Source: Thecamonas trahens ATCC 50062
Taxonomy: Eukaryota; Protista; Apusomonadida
Assembly: GCF_000142905.1 (NCBI RefSeq)
Contig: NW_013657667.1
Coordinates: forward strand, 68,801-132,800
Length of the DNA stretch: 64,000 nt
Direction of reading: 5' to 3'
This document shows, piece by piece, positions 42,838 through 53,626 of this stretch. Every line of letters begins with the position of its first letter. The first letter of the stretch is position 1. The position numbers and the translations under genes were made by a program. The notes beneath the pieces are model-generated. The model did no database searches. It was not told where the DNA came from and worked only from the letters and a program-made list of their open reading frames with translations.

Positions 42838-45790
42838 CTAGAGCTGAGGCACGTCGTCCGAGGAGCCCGAGGAGCCCGACGAGAGGACGACGCCAAACAG
42901 AGGGTTCGAGGTCATAATGGCGCCCGACTCGACGGCGGCGGCAACAGCGGCCGGCTCGGCGGCGGGCACGGCAGCGACGGACGAGTCGGCGAGGTTGAAC
43001 GCCGGGTTGGCGTCGATGACGACGGCCGGGTCGGCGGTGGCCACGGCGTCGGGAACGACGGGCAGGGCGGGCGGCGCAGCGTCGTCCGACGAACCGGACG
43101 AGCGCGAGCGCGCAAAGATGACGACGGCGACGACAGCAACAACGACAACGAGGACCGAGAGCGAGGCTGCGGTGCCCTTGCCGGCCGACGAGGAGAAGAA
43201 CGATGTGTTGTCCTCTGAGCTGGCGCTGTTGATCGCAGACGACGCACCGGGGCAGAGCGGCGAAGTCGTAGCCACGTCCCAAGCGGAAGCCGGCTCGTCA
43301 GGGTAGAGCATCGGATCGTTGGGAATGCAGCCCTGCCGGGACTGGAACTCGTACTTGGCGCAGATTGTCTTCTCGCACGTAGAGCGAGTGTTGTGCGAGC
43401 ACGGCTGAAGGTAGTGCTGGGTGCACGACGCTGAGCAGCAGTCGTACTCGTACAGGTTGCCATCATCGCACTCTTCACCAACGTTCACCGCGCCGTCACC
43501 ACACTGGGCGCCAAACTGGCGGAGGCCGGTGCAGACAACAGGCTTGGCAAACTCATGGCTCGGGAGCGAGAACGTCGAGGTCGTGAGGATGAACAGCTGC
43601 TGGCACTGGTCTTCGGAGGTGTGGGCAAAGCCGTCGTCGCACGTGGTGCCAATCGGCGCAAAGGTGCAGTCGGGGTTGCAGCAGGCGTTGTCCGGGTGCG
43701 GGTCACCGTTGGGCAGGGTCTTGCCCGGGTCACACTCCTCGCCAAAGTCGACAATACCGTTACCGCAGGGCCCCGCCGGCGGCGGCGGCGGCGTCGGCGG
43801 GTCGCACGTCGACACACCCGCCGTACACACACCAGCCTGGCAGGTGTCGGCAGTGCACGAATCGGCGTCGAGGTCACACGCCGTGTTGTCCGGCGCAAAG
43901 CCGTCGGCCGGGCACGCGCCAGACACACCGTCGCAAGTCTCGGCCACGTCGCAGGTCGACGCCGCAGCGCGGCAGACAAACGAGGTGTCAGCCACGTTGT
44001 CGACGCAGGTCGCCGAAGTGCCGGCGCAGGTGTCGGGCATATCGCACGAGCCCGAGGGCGCGGCACCGCACGGCGTGCCGGCGGCGGCAAAGCCGTCGAC
44101 CGGGCACGAGGCAGTCACGCCGTCGCAGGTCTCGGCGACGTCGCACTCTGAGGCGGCGGCGCGGCAGACAACCGACGAGTCGGCGACGTTCGCGACGCAG
44201 GTCGCCGAGGTACCGGCGCAGGTGTCAGCGACATCGCACGGGCCCGAGGGCGCGGCGCCACAGGTGGTGCCGGCGGCGGCAAAGCCGTCGACCGGGCACG
44301 AGGCAGTCACGCCATCGCAGGTCTCGGCGACGTCGCACTCTGAGGCGGCAGCGCGGCAGACAACCGTCGAATCGGCCACAGCGTCCGTGCAGGTCGCCGA
44401 GGTACCGGAGCAGGTGTCAGCGACATCGCAAGGGCCCGAGGGCGCAGCGCCACAGGTGGTGCCGGCGGCGGCAAAGGTGCAGTCGGCAGCGCAGCACTCA
44501 CCACCGTCGCACTCCTCGCCAGGCTCGACAATGCCATTGCCGCATGTGCAGCCATCCGTGCAGACACCAGTGCCGTCGCAGGTGTCGACGGTGCAGGCAG
44601 TCGTCGGGTTGTCGCACGAGGTACCGGCCGGCGCAAACGAGTCAGCCGGGCAGGCCGACGAGACGCCAGTGCACATCTCGGGGGCGTCGCAGACCGAGGC
44701 AGCACCGCGGCACTCGATGTCGGCGCCGAGGTACTTGCACGTCGACGAGCAGCAGAGACCAAAGTCGTCGCACTCCTCGTCGCCCTCGAGCACACCGTTG
44801 CCACAGACCGGCTCCGGCGGAGTGTTCGGCTCGCAAATGCCGTCCGGGTTAAAGTCGAACCCAGCGTTACACGGGCACTCAAAGTAGCCCTCGTAGTTGA
44901 CGCAATGGCAGTTCGGATCAGTGCACGGCGAGTCGGCGCACTCGTCGATGTCACTGCATCCCGAGCCGTTGGCCGTGCCGTCGCCCTCAAACCCGTCCTT
45001 GCACACGCAGGTGCCATCCACGCAATCGGCGCGGACGTGGCACTCGACCACGTGCTGAGGCGGCGGCGGCGACGGCCGGTGCGAGTTCTTGGACGACGAG
45101 CGGTGCGCGAGCCCGAGCCCGAGCCCGATCCCGAGTTGTGGTCCTCGGCCTTGTCGGGCGAGACAATGCACTGTGGCGAGTCGGTCGGCACGTTGTCCTT
45201 GCACTCGTACCCATCACGGGTGTTGACGCACGTGGTGTCGTCGGGGCAGTCGGCAAGGCCTTCCTTGCACTCGTCCACGTCGCCACACATACACGTCCAT
45301 CCCCACGTTCCGCAAGGCTTGTCCGAGTTCTTCTGCGAGTTCGAGCTGAGCTCGATACGCTTGTACTCGATGTACTTCTTCCACTTGTTCTTGACAATCG
45401 TCAGCGCGCGGCAAAAGAACTTCTACTCTCGTCCACACGTGCACAAATTGTCCGCATGCGCGTGCGTGAGTGCGGAAGAGGAACACTGGTCAGCTCAAGC
45501 TCGACCATAAAAAAAAGCAGCGAACATTCGGCACGTGCCGGCTACCGCCGAACGGCCAATGAGCAAAAAACCAGTTGCTGGACTCGGTACGCCCCCTACC
45601 ATTCCCCCCCCTCCCTGCATTCCCCCCCTCCCCCCTCCTCCTCCACCCGGCCCTTGTTGCTGCTTACCTTGAACTTGCCCTTGGGCTTCGGGCACTTGAA
45701 GTTGCGCCAGCGGCGGGCTTCAGCCACAGACGCCAGCAGCAGCATCGCCAGGAAAAGGACCCCAAGGGTCTTGGTCGACAAAACGGCCAT
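42838..45790 (-). CDS. Type I cysteine-rich receptor: signal peptide, cbEGF domains, tandem disintegrin-like repeats, TM and NPxF tail. Exon1 45790..45668, intron 45667..45423; frameshift at about 45105
   Basis: MAVLSTKTLGVLFLAMLLL signal, DVDEC/DIDEC EGF starts, CGNG..E.GEECD and CRAAASECDVAETCDG repeats, and TM LSVLVVVVAVVAVVIFA. Confidence 0.85.
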
Positions 45791-46487
45791 TTTTTGGGTT
45801 CTCGAGAGTCGAGTGAAAGAGAAGTCTGGCTCTCCGTGAGTGATCATAAACTATTCGTTGCACAATCGTTGCAACCGGCGGCTTCTTCTTTGCACCTTGA
45901 GCGGCAGTGGCGAAACGCCTGTAAGGTTTTGCCGACCCACCCTCCCCCGCCTCCTTCCGCCCCCCCCCCCCCCCCTCCCCCCTCATGACCTTGGTCTTGC
46001 CCTTGGCTGTCAGACTTGCATAAACTACGGCAGTTCCAACCAATCTCCTGTGCTTCTTTCTCTGACCATTCGCTCAGCCCTGCCTGCTAAGCAGCGGCTG
46101 TTGTACCAGCGTGGGTGGCTCCGGGTACTTGTGGTGGAAAGGGCAAACGATGAAAAATATTGTGAGGCGGTCCTCGTGGTTAGGTGCGGAGGAGGAGAGA
46201 GGGGGGGTGGTCAAGAACTCCCTCGGCTAGAGGTCGGAGGTACGGGCTGAGAGCAATGAGCAATGCAAGCGAGGGTGGGCATGGTGTGATGGAGGGACTG
46301 CGTGGTGGATAGTGGACATGGGGCGGTACTTGGGCTGGCTGGGGCCTGGGTACATGGCGGTCTGTGGCGGTGCGGCGTTTAGCGCCGGTTGATCGGCAAA
46401 GGCAAGCGGCCGGCGGACGCGGTCAGCAAGGAGGGGGGGGGGGGGGGGGCGGGTGTGTGGTCAGGTTCATTGCAGGATGCAGCGCGG

Positions 46488-48378
46488 TTAGGCGCCAGCG
46501 CCAAAGACCGGGTTGTGGCGGGCGAGCGACGGGCCGATCTCGTCGTACTGGGCCTTGGTGTGGCAGACGGTGTAGAACTCGGGGGTGGAGGAGAGCATGG
46601 AGCCGCCAAAGAAGACAGCGTTGCGCTGCATAGGGTACGAGATGACGTTGACCTCGATGGGCTTGGCCTTGATGCGGCCGCCGGAGAGCTCCTCGGAGAC
46701 CTTGATGCGCTTGTCGACGGTGCGCTTGACGTCGCGCTGGAGACGGCGGCCAAAGTCCTTGAACATGGTCGAACCACCCGAGAGCACAATGTTCTTGTAC
46801 AGCGGGCGGCGGACGTCGATGGGCGTGGCCTGGATCGAGGCGTCGACAACGGTGGGGAGCGGGGTAAGGAAGTCGGACGAGAAGATCTCCGGGTTGAAGA
46901 ACAGCTCGGGGCCGAGGAAGCGCTCGTAGCCGACGTCGATGGTGAACGGCTTCTTGGTCCGCGGGTCGGCGCCCTCGTACTGCTTGATCCACTTGGCCGG
47001 GTCCTTGTCGTACTTGCTGAACTCCTTGGCCACATCCGAGCACACGTACGAGAACATCTCCTTGACACGCTTGGCCACCTCCAGCGACTCGGACGGCGGA
47101 ATCGCCGAGCCCTCGCGCTCGCGGAGCAGCTGCTGGATGAACGATGTGATGTCGCGCCCGGCCATCGGAATGTGCTTGATGGCAGAGCCGATGACGTAGC
47201 CCTCGGCGACCGGGATGACGTGCGTCACGCCATCACCCGAGTCAATCACCGTGCCCGTCAGCGTCCGCTCCGTCACCGCAGACGACGTCCACGACGCCGC
47301 AAGTGCAAGCACTGCCTGAACCGCAATGTACAGCCCGGGCACGTTGAAAGTCTCGAACATGATCTCCGCAGTGTACTCGCGGTTCTCCGGCGGGTTGAGC
47401 GGCGGCTCGGTCAGGAGCACGTGGTGGTCCTCCGGCTCAGCACGCAGGTACTTGAAGAAGCACTGCTCCCAGAACCGCTCCATGTGGTCCCAGTTGTCGA
47501 TCTGCCCGTGCCGGATCGGGTAGTACACCTGGTACGTGTTCTGGTGAGCGAGTGCCTCGTCGCCAATGTGGAAGTCAAGGTCCTCCAGTCCCTTGACCGT
47601 CGACGGGCCGCCACGCGCTCCCTTGTTCGACGCAGTCTCCTCGTTCGACGCAATCGCCGTCGGCACCACAAACTGCGGCTCCACGTTGCCGGCAAAGCCC
47701 ATCTTGGTGTACCTGTCCATCCCGCGCCCGTCGTTTCCCAGTGAGTCTGCCTCGTCCTCCTCCCGCAGCCTGCCCAAGACCAACGAAAAAAATGCCAGGC
47801 GCAGCCTCACAATGACTCACCATCACCACAAGAGCCTCCCGCGCCCGCTTGCCTAGCCTTTGGCCTCCTGGTCCGATGCCGGCCTTGTTACACTAGCAAT
47901 AAACATTTCCACCTCCTCCCCTCCTCCCCCTCCCCTCGCACGCATGCCCCATCCCCCATCCCCACCACGAGCGACCGCTAATGCTGTCGACGAGGCGACG
48001 ATGGCATTTTTTCTTGCGAAGCCGGCACCGCCCGTCGTCACCACCACAGCCAAGCCAGCCGCCCTCCCCCCCCTCTCCACGTTCTACGAACCACCCGACA
48101 CCCAAGCCGGCCCCTATCCGTCAACTCCTTCCACCCTAGAGACTCTCCCTTCCGCTCGGCCCTCTAGGCTCCTCCCCACTCGCTCCATTCCCTCGCCAAA
48201 GTGGGTGACCAAGGCCACCGGCTTCCCCCGAACAGCTGCTCCCCCCGCGAGCCGCCACCGTCCCCACCCAACAGCAAGTGCCATACAGACCACATGCTCA
48301 GCTTCTCGCACCCATTTACAACTCCAATACGTACCCGGTACCATTGTCAATGACCACTGCAGGCGGCTGTCCCGACAT
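46488..48378 (-). CDS. ACTR3: Actin-related protein 3. Exon1 48378..48335, intron 48334..47713
   Basis: [10 protein letters not shown]|[49 protein letters not shown] and RHNPVFG. Confidence 0.98.
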
Positions 48379-48877
48379 GTTGCCAGTGCTGAGAGATGTG
48401 TGTCGTGGAGAGCGGGGCGAGCGGGTGGGGAAGGGAGGGGGGGGCAGAATGGGGGAGAAACGAGCTCGAGTGCCAAGCTGACGCTCGTTGGACAGTTTCA
48501 TCACTGCCGGACAACTCCACGGCAACGATTGCGTGGCTATCAATGAGCTGAAAGTACTCAAGAAAGGCTACGTGGAGAAGGCAACATAGTAGATGATGCC
48601 ATCGGCAAGGCGGCCCTAAATTCTGCTGTCATCTGGCTGTCCCCTTGACTCTCCTGCTCGAAATCGCCAGCTGCTACTGCTGGGCTGGGCTGCCATAGTG
48701 GATGCTGTCTCTCGCCGCCTCGATCCGGCCACCAGCCAACCCCTCTCCCCTTCCCCCCCCCTCCCCCTCCACCACACCAGACCCACCACCTCCACCCACT
48801 CGATCACCACCTCACTCTCTTCTTCCCTTCTCCATTCTCCCCGCTCCGCTCCCTCTTCACCACCCGACCCACTGCAG

Positions 48878-49099
48878 GCCTCCCCACTCATCCATGCGCA
48901 AGTCTGCCAGCCGTGGCTCTCCCCCTCGTCGGGGCTCAAGGCGCTCTGGGCCGAGCAGAAGCCGTATGTCGTGGTGGCCGCCATTGTGGGCTTTGTCACA
49001 TGGCTCATTCTCCACATCAAGTCGGCTCACAACTACGTCCCGCGCCATGAGCTCGTGGCAGAGGCTCTCGCTGTAGCATCCGACTCGTCGTCTTCATGA
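48878..49099 (+). CDS. Possible terminal exon of a small single-TM protein; 5' end unresolved
   Basis: Follows a C-rich tract and CAG. Encodes LWAEQKPYVVVAAIVGFVTWLILHIK. Confidence 0.35.
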   Translation, partial: ASPLIHAQVCQPWLSPSSGLKALWAEQKPYVVVAAIVGFVTWLILHIKSAHNYVPRHELVAEALAVASDSSSS

Positions 49100-49296
49100 C
49101 AGTTCTGTATCATGTCCTCTCGCCCCGTGCTCTTGCTGCCGAGGCCACGTCATCGCCGTCGTCATCCGCTGGTGCCTCGACTCCTTCGGCGTCAACGCAT
49201 CCGTCGGTCACCCCAATACTGTGCATCTGTGGTCCACCATGACGGATCGTCAGCCTACTCTCTAGCCCTTGTCTGTGCTAGCCTGGTAAACTCGAT

Positions 49297-50739
49297 TTAC
49301 TCGTCCGTTCCAGAGCCACTCTCGTCGTACCCGTCGTCGTCGTACTCGTCGTCGTCGTACTCGTCGTCATCAGCATCATCATCATCATCGTCATCGTCGT
49401 CGTCATACTCATCATACTCGTCATACTCGTCATCCTCGCCCGACTTGTCATAGCTCTCATCGATACTACCGCTGCCGGCACCCGCGTCGCCGAGATCAGC
49501 GACAACCGACGCGAGGTTAGCCTTGATGGCGTCGATGTACATGGCAGTAACCTGGCCCTGCTCGGCCACCCGCGCCTCGGTGGCGTCGACGGCGGCACTA
49601 CCAAGCTGCTGCTCGGCATCGGCAGCCGATGCAAGGGCGGCGTGCTCGGCTGCGTCGGCGGCGTCCGACAGCTCGTGCGCCTGTGCCAGCGACGCTGCCG
49701 AGAGGGCGCGGGCGTTGGCGGCCGCCGACTCGGCCACATCGACCGACGCGTGCCGACTCGGACTGCTGCTCATCGTAGAAGCCGGCGAGTCTGGACGATC
49801 GGGCGAGAGGACCATGGTCGACTTGGGAATGACGCCCTTGGGCGACTTGGTGTAGAGCTTGCGGACCGCCGACGCGTACTCGGCACGCTTAGCAAGCTGC
49901 TCCGCAGCGCGCTTGCGGGCGATCTTGCGACCATCGCGCTCGCGTTTCTCTTCCTCGATCACCTTTTGCGCACGCTTGCCCGTAAAGAACTTTGGCTTGC
50001 CCGCCGGCGCCGACGCCAGACGAGCCGCACGGAGCTCGGCCATCCGGGCCTCTCGCGCCGCCGTCACCTTGGCCTCCCACGCCGCCATCTCCTTGGCGTC
50101 GAGGGGCTTGTTGCGCGCGTGCCGCATCTCCCGCACTCGCTGCTCCTCCTCCAGCTTGGGCAGAACCATCTTGCGCACGTACTCCTTCTCCATCCTCACC
50201 CACACCGGCTCGCGGTTGGCCCGCCGCGCCGCCATCCGTTGCGCCGCACGCCGGCCCAGACGGGCCTCACGCTCAGCGTTCCGCCTCTTACGCGCCTCCT
50301 CGGCCATCGCCACCTGTCGCGCCAGCAGCTCGCGCCGCTGCTCTACCGCTGCCGCCGTCTGCGCTTCCCGTGCGGCCTCCAGCGCCTCCAGCTCGGCCCG
50401 TGCCGCCGCCGCCCGCCGTGCCGCCTCGTTCTGCCGCTCCACACTTCGTCGCGCTTGCTCTCGGATCCGAAGCCGCGCCAGACGCATTCCCCGGGCCGCC
50501 GCGTCTTCCTCCTCACCGGCCCTTGCGCCTGCGCCAACACTCGGCCGCGCGCCACCGCCACCGCCACCGCCGCCACCGCCACTGCCGCCACCGCCGCCAC
50601 CACCGCCGCCGCCACCGCCACTGCCGCTGCCACCGAGCGTCGCCACCACAGCCTCAAACACCGAGCTCACCAGACCTGTACACACTTGCGCCACGGCCGG
50701 GTGTCTGGCTGCCACTGGGTGGTCTCCCGCTATCGCCAT
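49297..50739 (-). CDS. Hypothetical coiled-coil protein with poly-Gly tract and acidic tail
   Basis: About 480-aa ORF with E/R/A-rich helices and a D/E/Y-rich C-terminus. Confidence 0.75.
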   Translation of the reverse strand: MAIAGDHPVAARHPAVAQVCTGLVSSVFEAVVATLGGSGSGGGGGGGGGGGGSGGGGGGGGGGARPSVGAGARAGEEEDAAARGMRLARLRIREQARRSVERQNEAARRAAAARAELEALEAAREAQTAAAVEQRRELLARQVAMAEEARKRRNAEREARLGRRAAQRMAARRANREPVWVRMEKEYVRKMVLPKLEEEQRVREMRHARNKPLDAKEMAAWEAKVTAAREARMAELRAARLASAPAGKPKFFTGKRAQKVIEEEKRERDGRKIARKRAAEQLAKRAEYASAVRKLYTKSPKGVIPKSTMVLSPDRPDSPASTMSSSPSRHASVDVAESAAANARALSAASLAQAHELSDAADAAEHAALASAADAEQQLGSAAVDATEARVAEQGQVTAMYIDAIKANLASVVADLGDAGAGSGSIDESYDKSGEDDEYDEYDEYDDDDDDDDDDADDDEYDDDEYDDDGYDESGSGTDE

Positions 50740-50828
50740 GCCTGCCTCCACTCGGCCCCGAAGTCGGCGTCAAGTGCCACTCACTCGGCCGTTGGCCACC
50801 CCCTCATCATCATCTTTATCAAAACTCG

Positions 50829-53450
50829 CTACTCAAACTCGCCGGCCTCTTGGGCTTGGGCAAGGAGCAGCTCACGGACAACAAACGCGGTCGGATCGTC
50901 CGAGTCGTCGACTAGCGCTACAGCGCCGAGTCCGGCTCCGATCCGCGACGCGACGTCGACCTTGAGCGGCGAGCCGAACGTCGCCCGCGACCGCTGTCGG
51001 ATGGCCTGCAGCTGAAGATCGAGGCCGGCTGGCGTGTCGACAAGCACGTTGGACGATGCCATGCTCGACTCGTTCTTGGCCATGGCAGCCTCGCACTTTT
51101 GGACACACCGTGCGGCGGCGGTTGCCCGCGACCGCGCCTCAGGCCCGCCGCGTGCCAGCACCACTCGCGCCTGCAGGTAGTGGGCCTGCGCTAGCTCCGT
51201 CAGCGCACCGACCTTGCGCAGCGCCACCACCGCAGATTCCAGCGCCGCCTCGGCACGCTCCAGATTGGGCTCGGCGAACGCAAGCGCTGCCCGCGCCGAG
51301 ACCAGATGGAACCGCCCACGCTCGTACAGCGGCGCGGCTTCGAGGACCAGCGGCGCGACAGAGGCCAGAAGCGACGCTGCCTTGGGCGCGTCGGCAAGCT
51401 CAACGTGGACGCCGGCGAGGGCAACCGCCACCATAGCGTGCAGCGGTGCGGCGTGGAAAGATTCGGCGAGCGTCAGCGCCATCAGCAGATGCTGCAGCGC
51501 GGTGACCGGCGAGCCTGCGGCGGCATGGACCTCGCCCTCGACCAGCTTGTACTCGGCGTGGGCCACGCTCCCAACCACGGCCTCAAGCGGCGGCAGCGCC
51601 CGCAGCGCTGCCGCCGTGTCCCCAGCGTGCACATGGACCCGCGCTACCCGCATCCGCGCGTCGAGCACGTGCTCGCGCGGCGACCGCGGGAGCGAGCCCA
51701 TCGTCACCAGCGTTGTCGCGTACCGCAGCGCCACCGTGAGGCTTCCACGCATCAACGCTGCTTCGTACGCCAGCACCAGCGCGGTTCGATACCACACAAC
51801 GAGCGCGTCGACCGAGCGCGAGACAAGCAACGTCTCCAGCCGCAACAACGACTCAAAAGCGAGGTGAAAGCCGCCCTCGTGCAGAGCAAGGATGAGCGCG
51901 AGCTGGCAGTGCGCAGACGCCACATCAGTGTCGCGCCCATGCGCTGTGTAGTGCTCGAGCTGCGTCTGGATCTCCAGCTTGGCCAGAGCCAACGCGCCGT
52001 ACTCGAGCCACATAGCCGACCGTGTGGCCAAGACGAGGCCGGCCAACGGCGCGAGACCCGCATTGGCGCACACCTGCTGTGCGGTCCGCAGGTAGGCCTC
52101 GACCGCCAGCGGCGCCGTCTCGGACCGCTGCGCCGCGTCCGAGAGCAGCACTGCCGTCGGCCGCTGCGGCACGGATGCAGCGTGCTGTGCCAGCGCCACC
52201 GCTGCCACGGCATTGAGCTCAGGCAGCGAGAGCGAGGCTCCGCGGACGAGTGCACGTTGCAGCAGCGTCGCCTGCTCGCTTGCCGACGGCGCAAGCTGTT
52301 GCAGCCACATCAGCGCCTCGACAAGACACCGCGCATCGTGGGCCTCCTGCGCAATCTGCACTGTCTCCAGCAGCGCCAGCCGCGCGAGATCGCCGTGGCC
52401 GAAGCGGACGTGGACCGCTGCCAAATTGAGCACCGCGTACGGCAGCAAGTTACTCGCGAGTGGTGACGGCGTGAGCACACCGGGTACTGCTAGCGGGCGC
52501 ACCGTCAGCCTCGCGCCCCTCCCCGCCCGGCGCCCGCCTCCCGCCTCGCATGCCGCCGCGTGGATGGCATAGTCAAAGTACCGGTGAGCAGCCTCAAGTG
52601 CGCCTGGGTACTCGTTGCACTCGAGCGCCTCTAGAAACGCCGCCTGCGACTGGGTTCGGGCGTCGTCCGGCAGCAGCGGATCAGCCGCGCGCTCGGGCTC
52701 GTCGTTGCGAAGAACCGAGTTGAGAAACTCGATGTGCGAGTCCTTGTAAGCCACAATGGCCCGCCACAGCCGGGTCATGCCGTCAAACGAGAGCTTGTTA
52801 AAGGTTAACAGCTGTCGGCGGACAAACAAGCCCATGACCGAGTCAAGCTTGAGCCGGCCGTCTGCCACCGAGTAGTGCCCGTCGGCCTTGAGCATCTCAC
52901 CCAGCGCCGCAAACGTGTCCAGCAGCGCGTCCGGCGATTCGGATAGCGTCATCAGCAGCGTTAGCAGTCGATCGCATAGCATCGAGCCACGATTGACAAC
53001 CTGGATCCGCCGATAAAGATAGGCCAGCCCATGATCCTCATTGACCTCATCCGACTGGAAGCGTCGCCGATCGACCACCCCCCCATCGCGCCAACCCGCC
53101 GACCGCACCAACCAGCCGACCGCGCCGACCAAAGTCATACCATCACCCGTCATGGGTAAGTCTCCTCCCCTCTCCTCTACTTGCGGTGCACACATGCTCA
53201 TGGTAGGCATGCACACCTTTCCCCCTCCTCCTCCAGCCGGCCCAGCCGGCCCAGCCCGCCCAGCCCGCCCGGCGTTTGGCGCGCAGCCCTCCCTTCCTCC
53301 CTCCTCCCTCCCCCTCGTCACCACACATACCTCCAGCTCACGGACAAGGAACAGGGCAAGGTCGCTGGATCCTGTGTTCTCCACATAGTACTGCACAAGG
53401 CCAAGAAGAGCCACCTTGTGTGGTGTGAGGCACTTGACGCGGTCAAGCAT
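50829..53450 (-). CDS. ANAPC5: Anaphase-promoting complex subunit 5. Exon1 53450..53331, intron 53330..53055
   Basis: LTPHKVALL, SVMGLFVRR..LTFNKLSF, AHRYFDY and YAVLNLAAVHVRFGH..ETVQIAQE..D..CL, followed by TPR-like helices. Confidence 0.92.
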   Translation of the reverse strand: MLDRVKCLTPHKVALLGLVQYYVENTGSSDLALFLVRELEVCVVTRGREEGGREGCAPNAGRAGRAGPAGPAGGGGGKVCMPTMSMCAPQVEERGGDLPMTGDGMTLVGAVGWLVRSAGWRDGGVVDRRRFQSDEVNEDHGLAYLYRRIQVVNRGSMLCDRLLTLLMTLSESPDALLDTFAALGEMLKADGHYSVADGRLKLDSVMGLFVRRQLLTFNKLSFDGMTRLWRAIVAYKDSHIEFLNSVLRNDEPERAADPLLPDDARTQSQAAFLEALECNEYPGALEAAHRYFDYAIHAAACEAGGGRRAGRGARLTVRPLAVPGVLTPSPLASNLLPYAVLNLAAVHVRFGHGDLARLALLETVQIAQEAHDARCLVEALMWLQQLAPSASEQATLLQRALVRGASLSLPELNAVAAVALAQHAASVPQRPTAVLLSDAAQRSETAPLAVEAYLRTAQQVCANAGLAPLAGLVLATRSAMWLEYGALALAKLEIQTQLEHYTAHGRDTDVASAHCQLALILALHEGGFHLAFESLLRLETLLVSRSVDALVVWYRTALVLAYEAALMRGSLTVALRYATTLVTMGSLPRSPREHVLDARMRVARVHVHAGDTAAALRALPPLEAVVGSVAHAEYKLVEGEVHAAAGSPVTALQHLLMALTLAESFHAAPLHAMVAVALAGVHVELADAPKAASLLASVAPLVLEAAPLYERGRFHLVSARAALAFAEPNLERAEAALESAVVALRKVGALTELAQAHYLQARVVLARGGPEARSRATAAARCVQKCEAAMAKNESSMASSNVLVDTPAGLDLQLQAIRQRSRATFGSPLKVDVASRIGAGLGAVALVDDSDDPTAFVVRELLLAQAQEAGEFE

Positions 53451-53626
53451 GCCTCGCTCCCCCCGCCTGACGACCGAGTCGAGTGTGGAGGTTGGAGAGG
53501 GGGGGGGGCGGACGATGGTCGGCCGAGGCAGCACTGCGGCAGGCAGAGAGGGTTTTGTGTTTGAAAATGACTCATCCATTGCATCCACTGTCATGCCACA
53601 GAGTCGACAACATGGCTCGACATGGA

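Noticed and set aside
45840-46360. Possible snoRNA or tRNA in the intergenic region
   Set aside because: Only weak box-like words; no cloverleaf or convincing C/D terminal stem.
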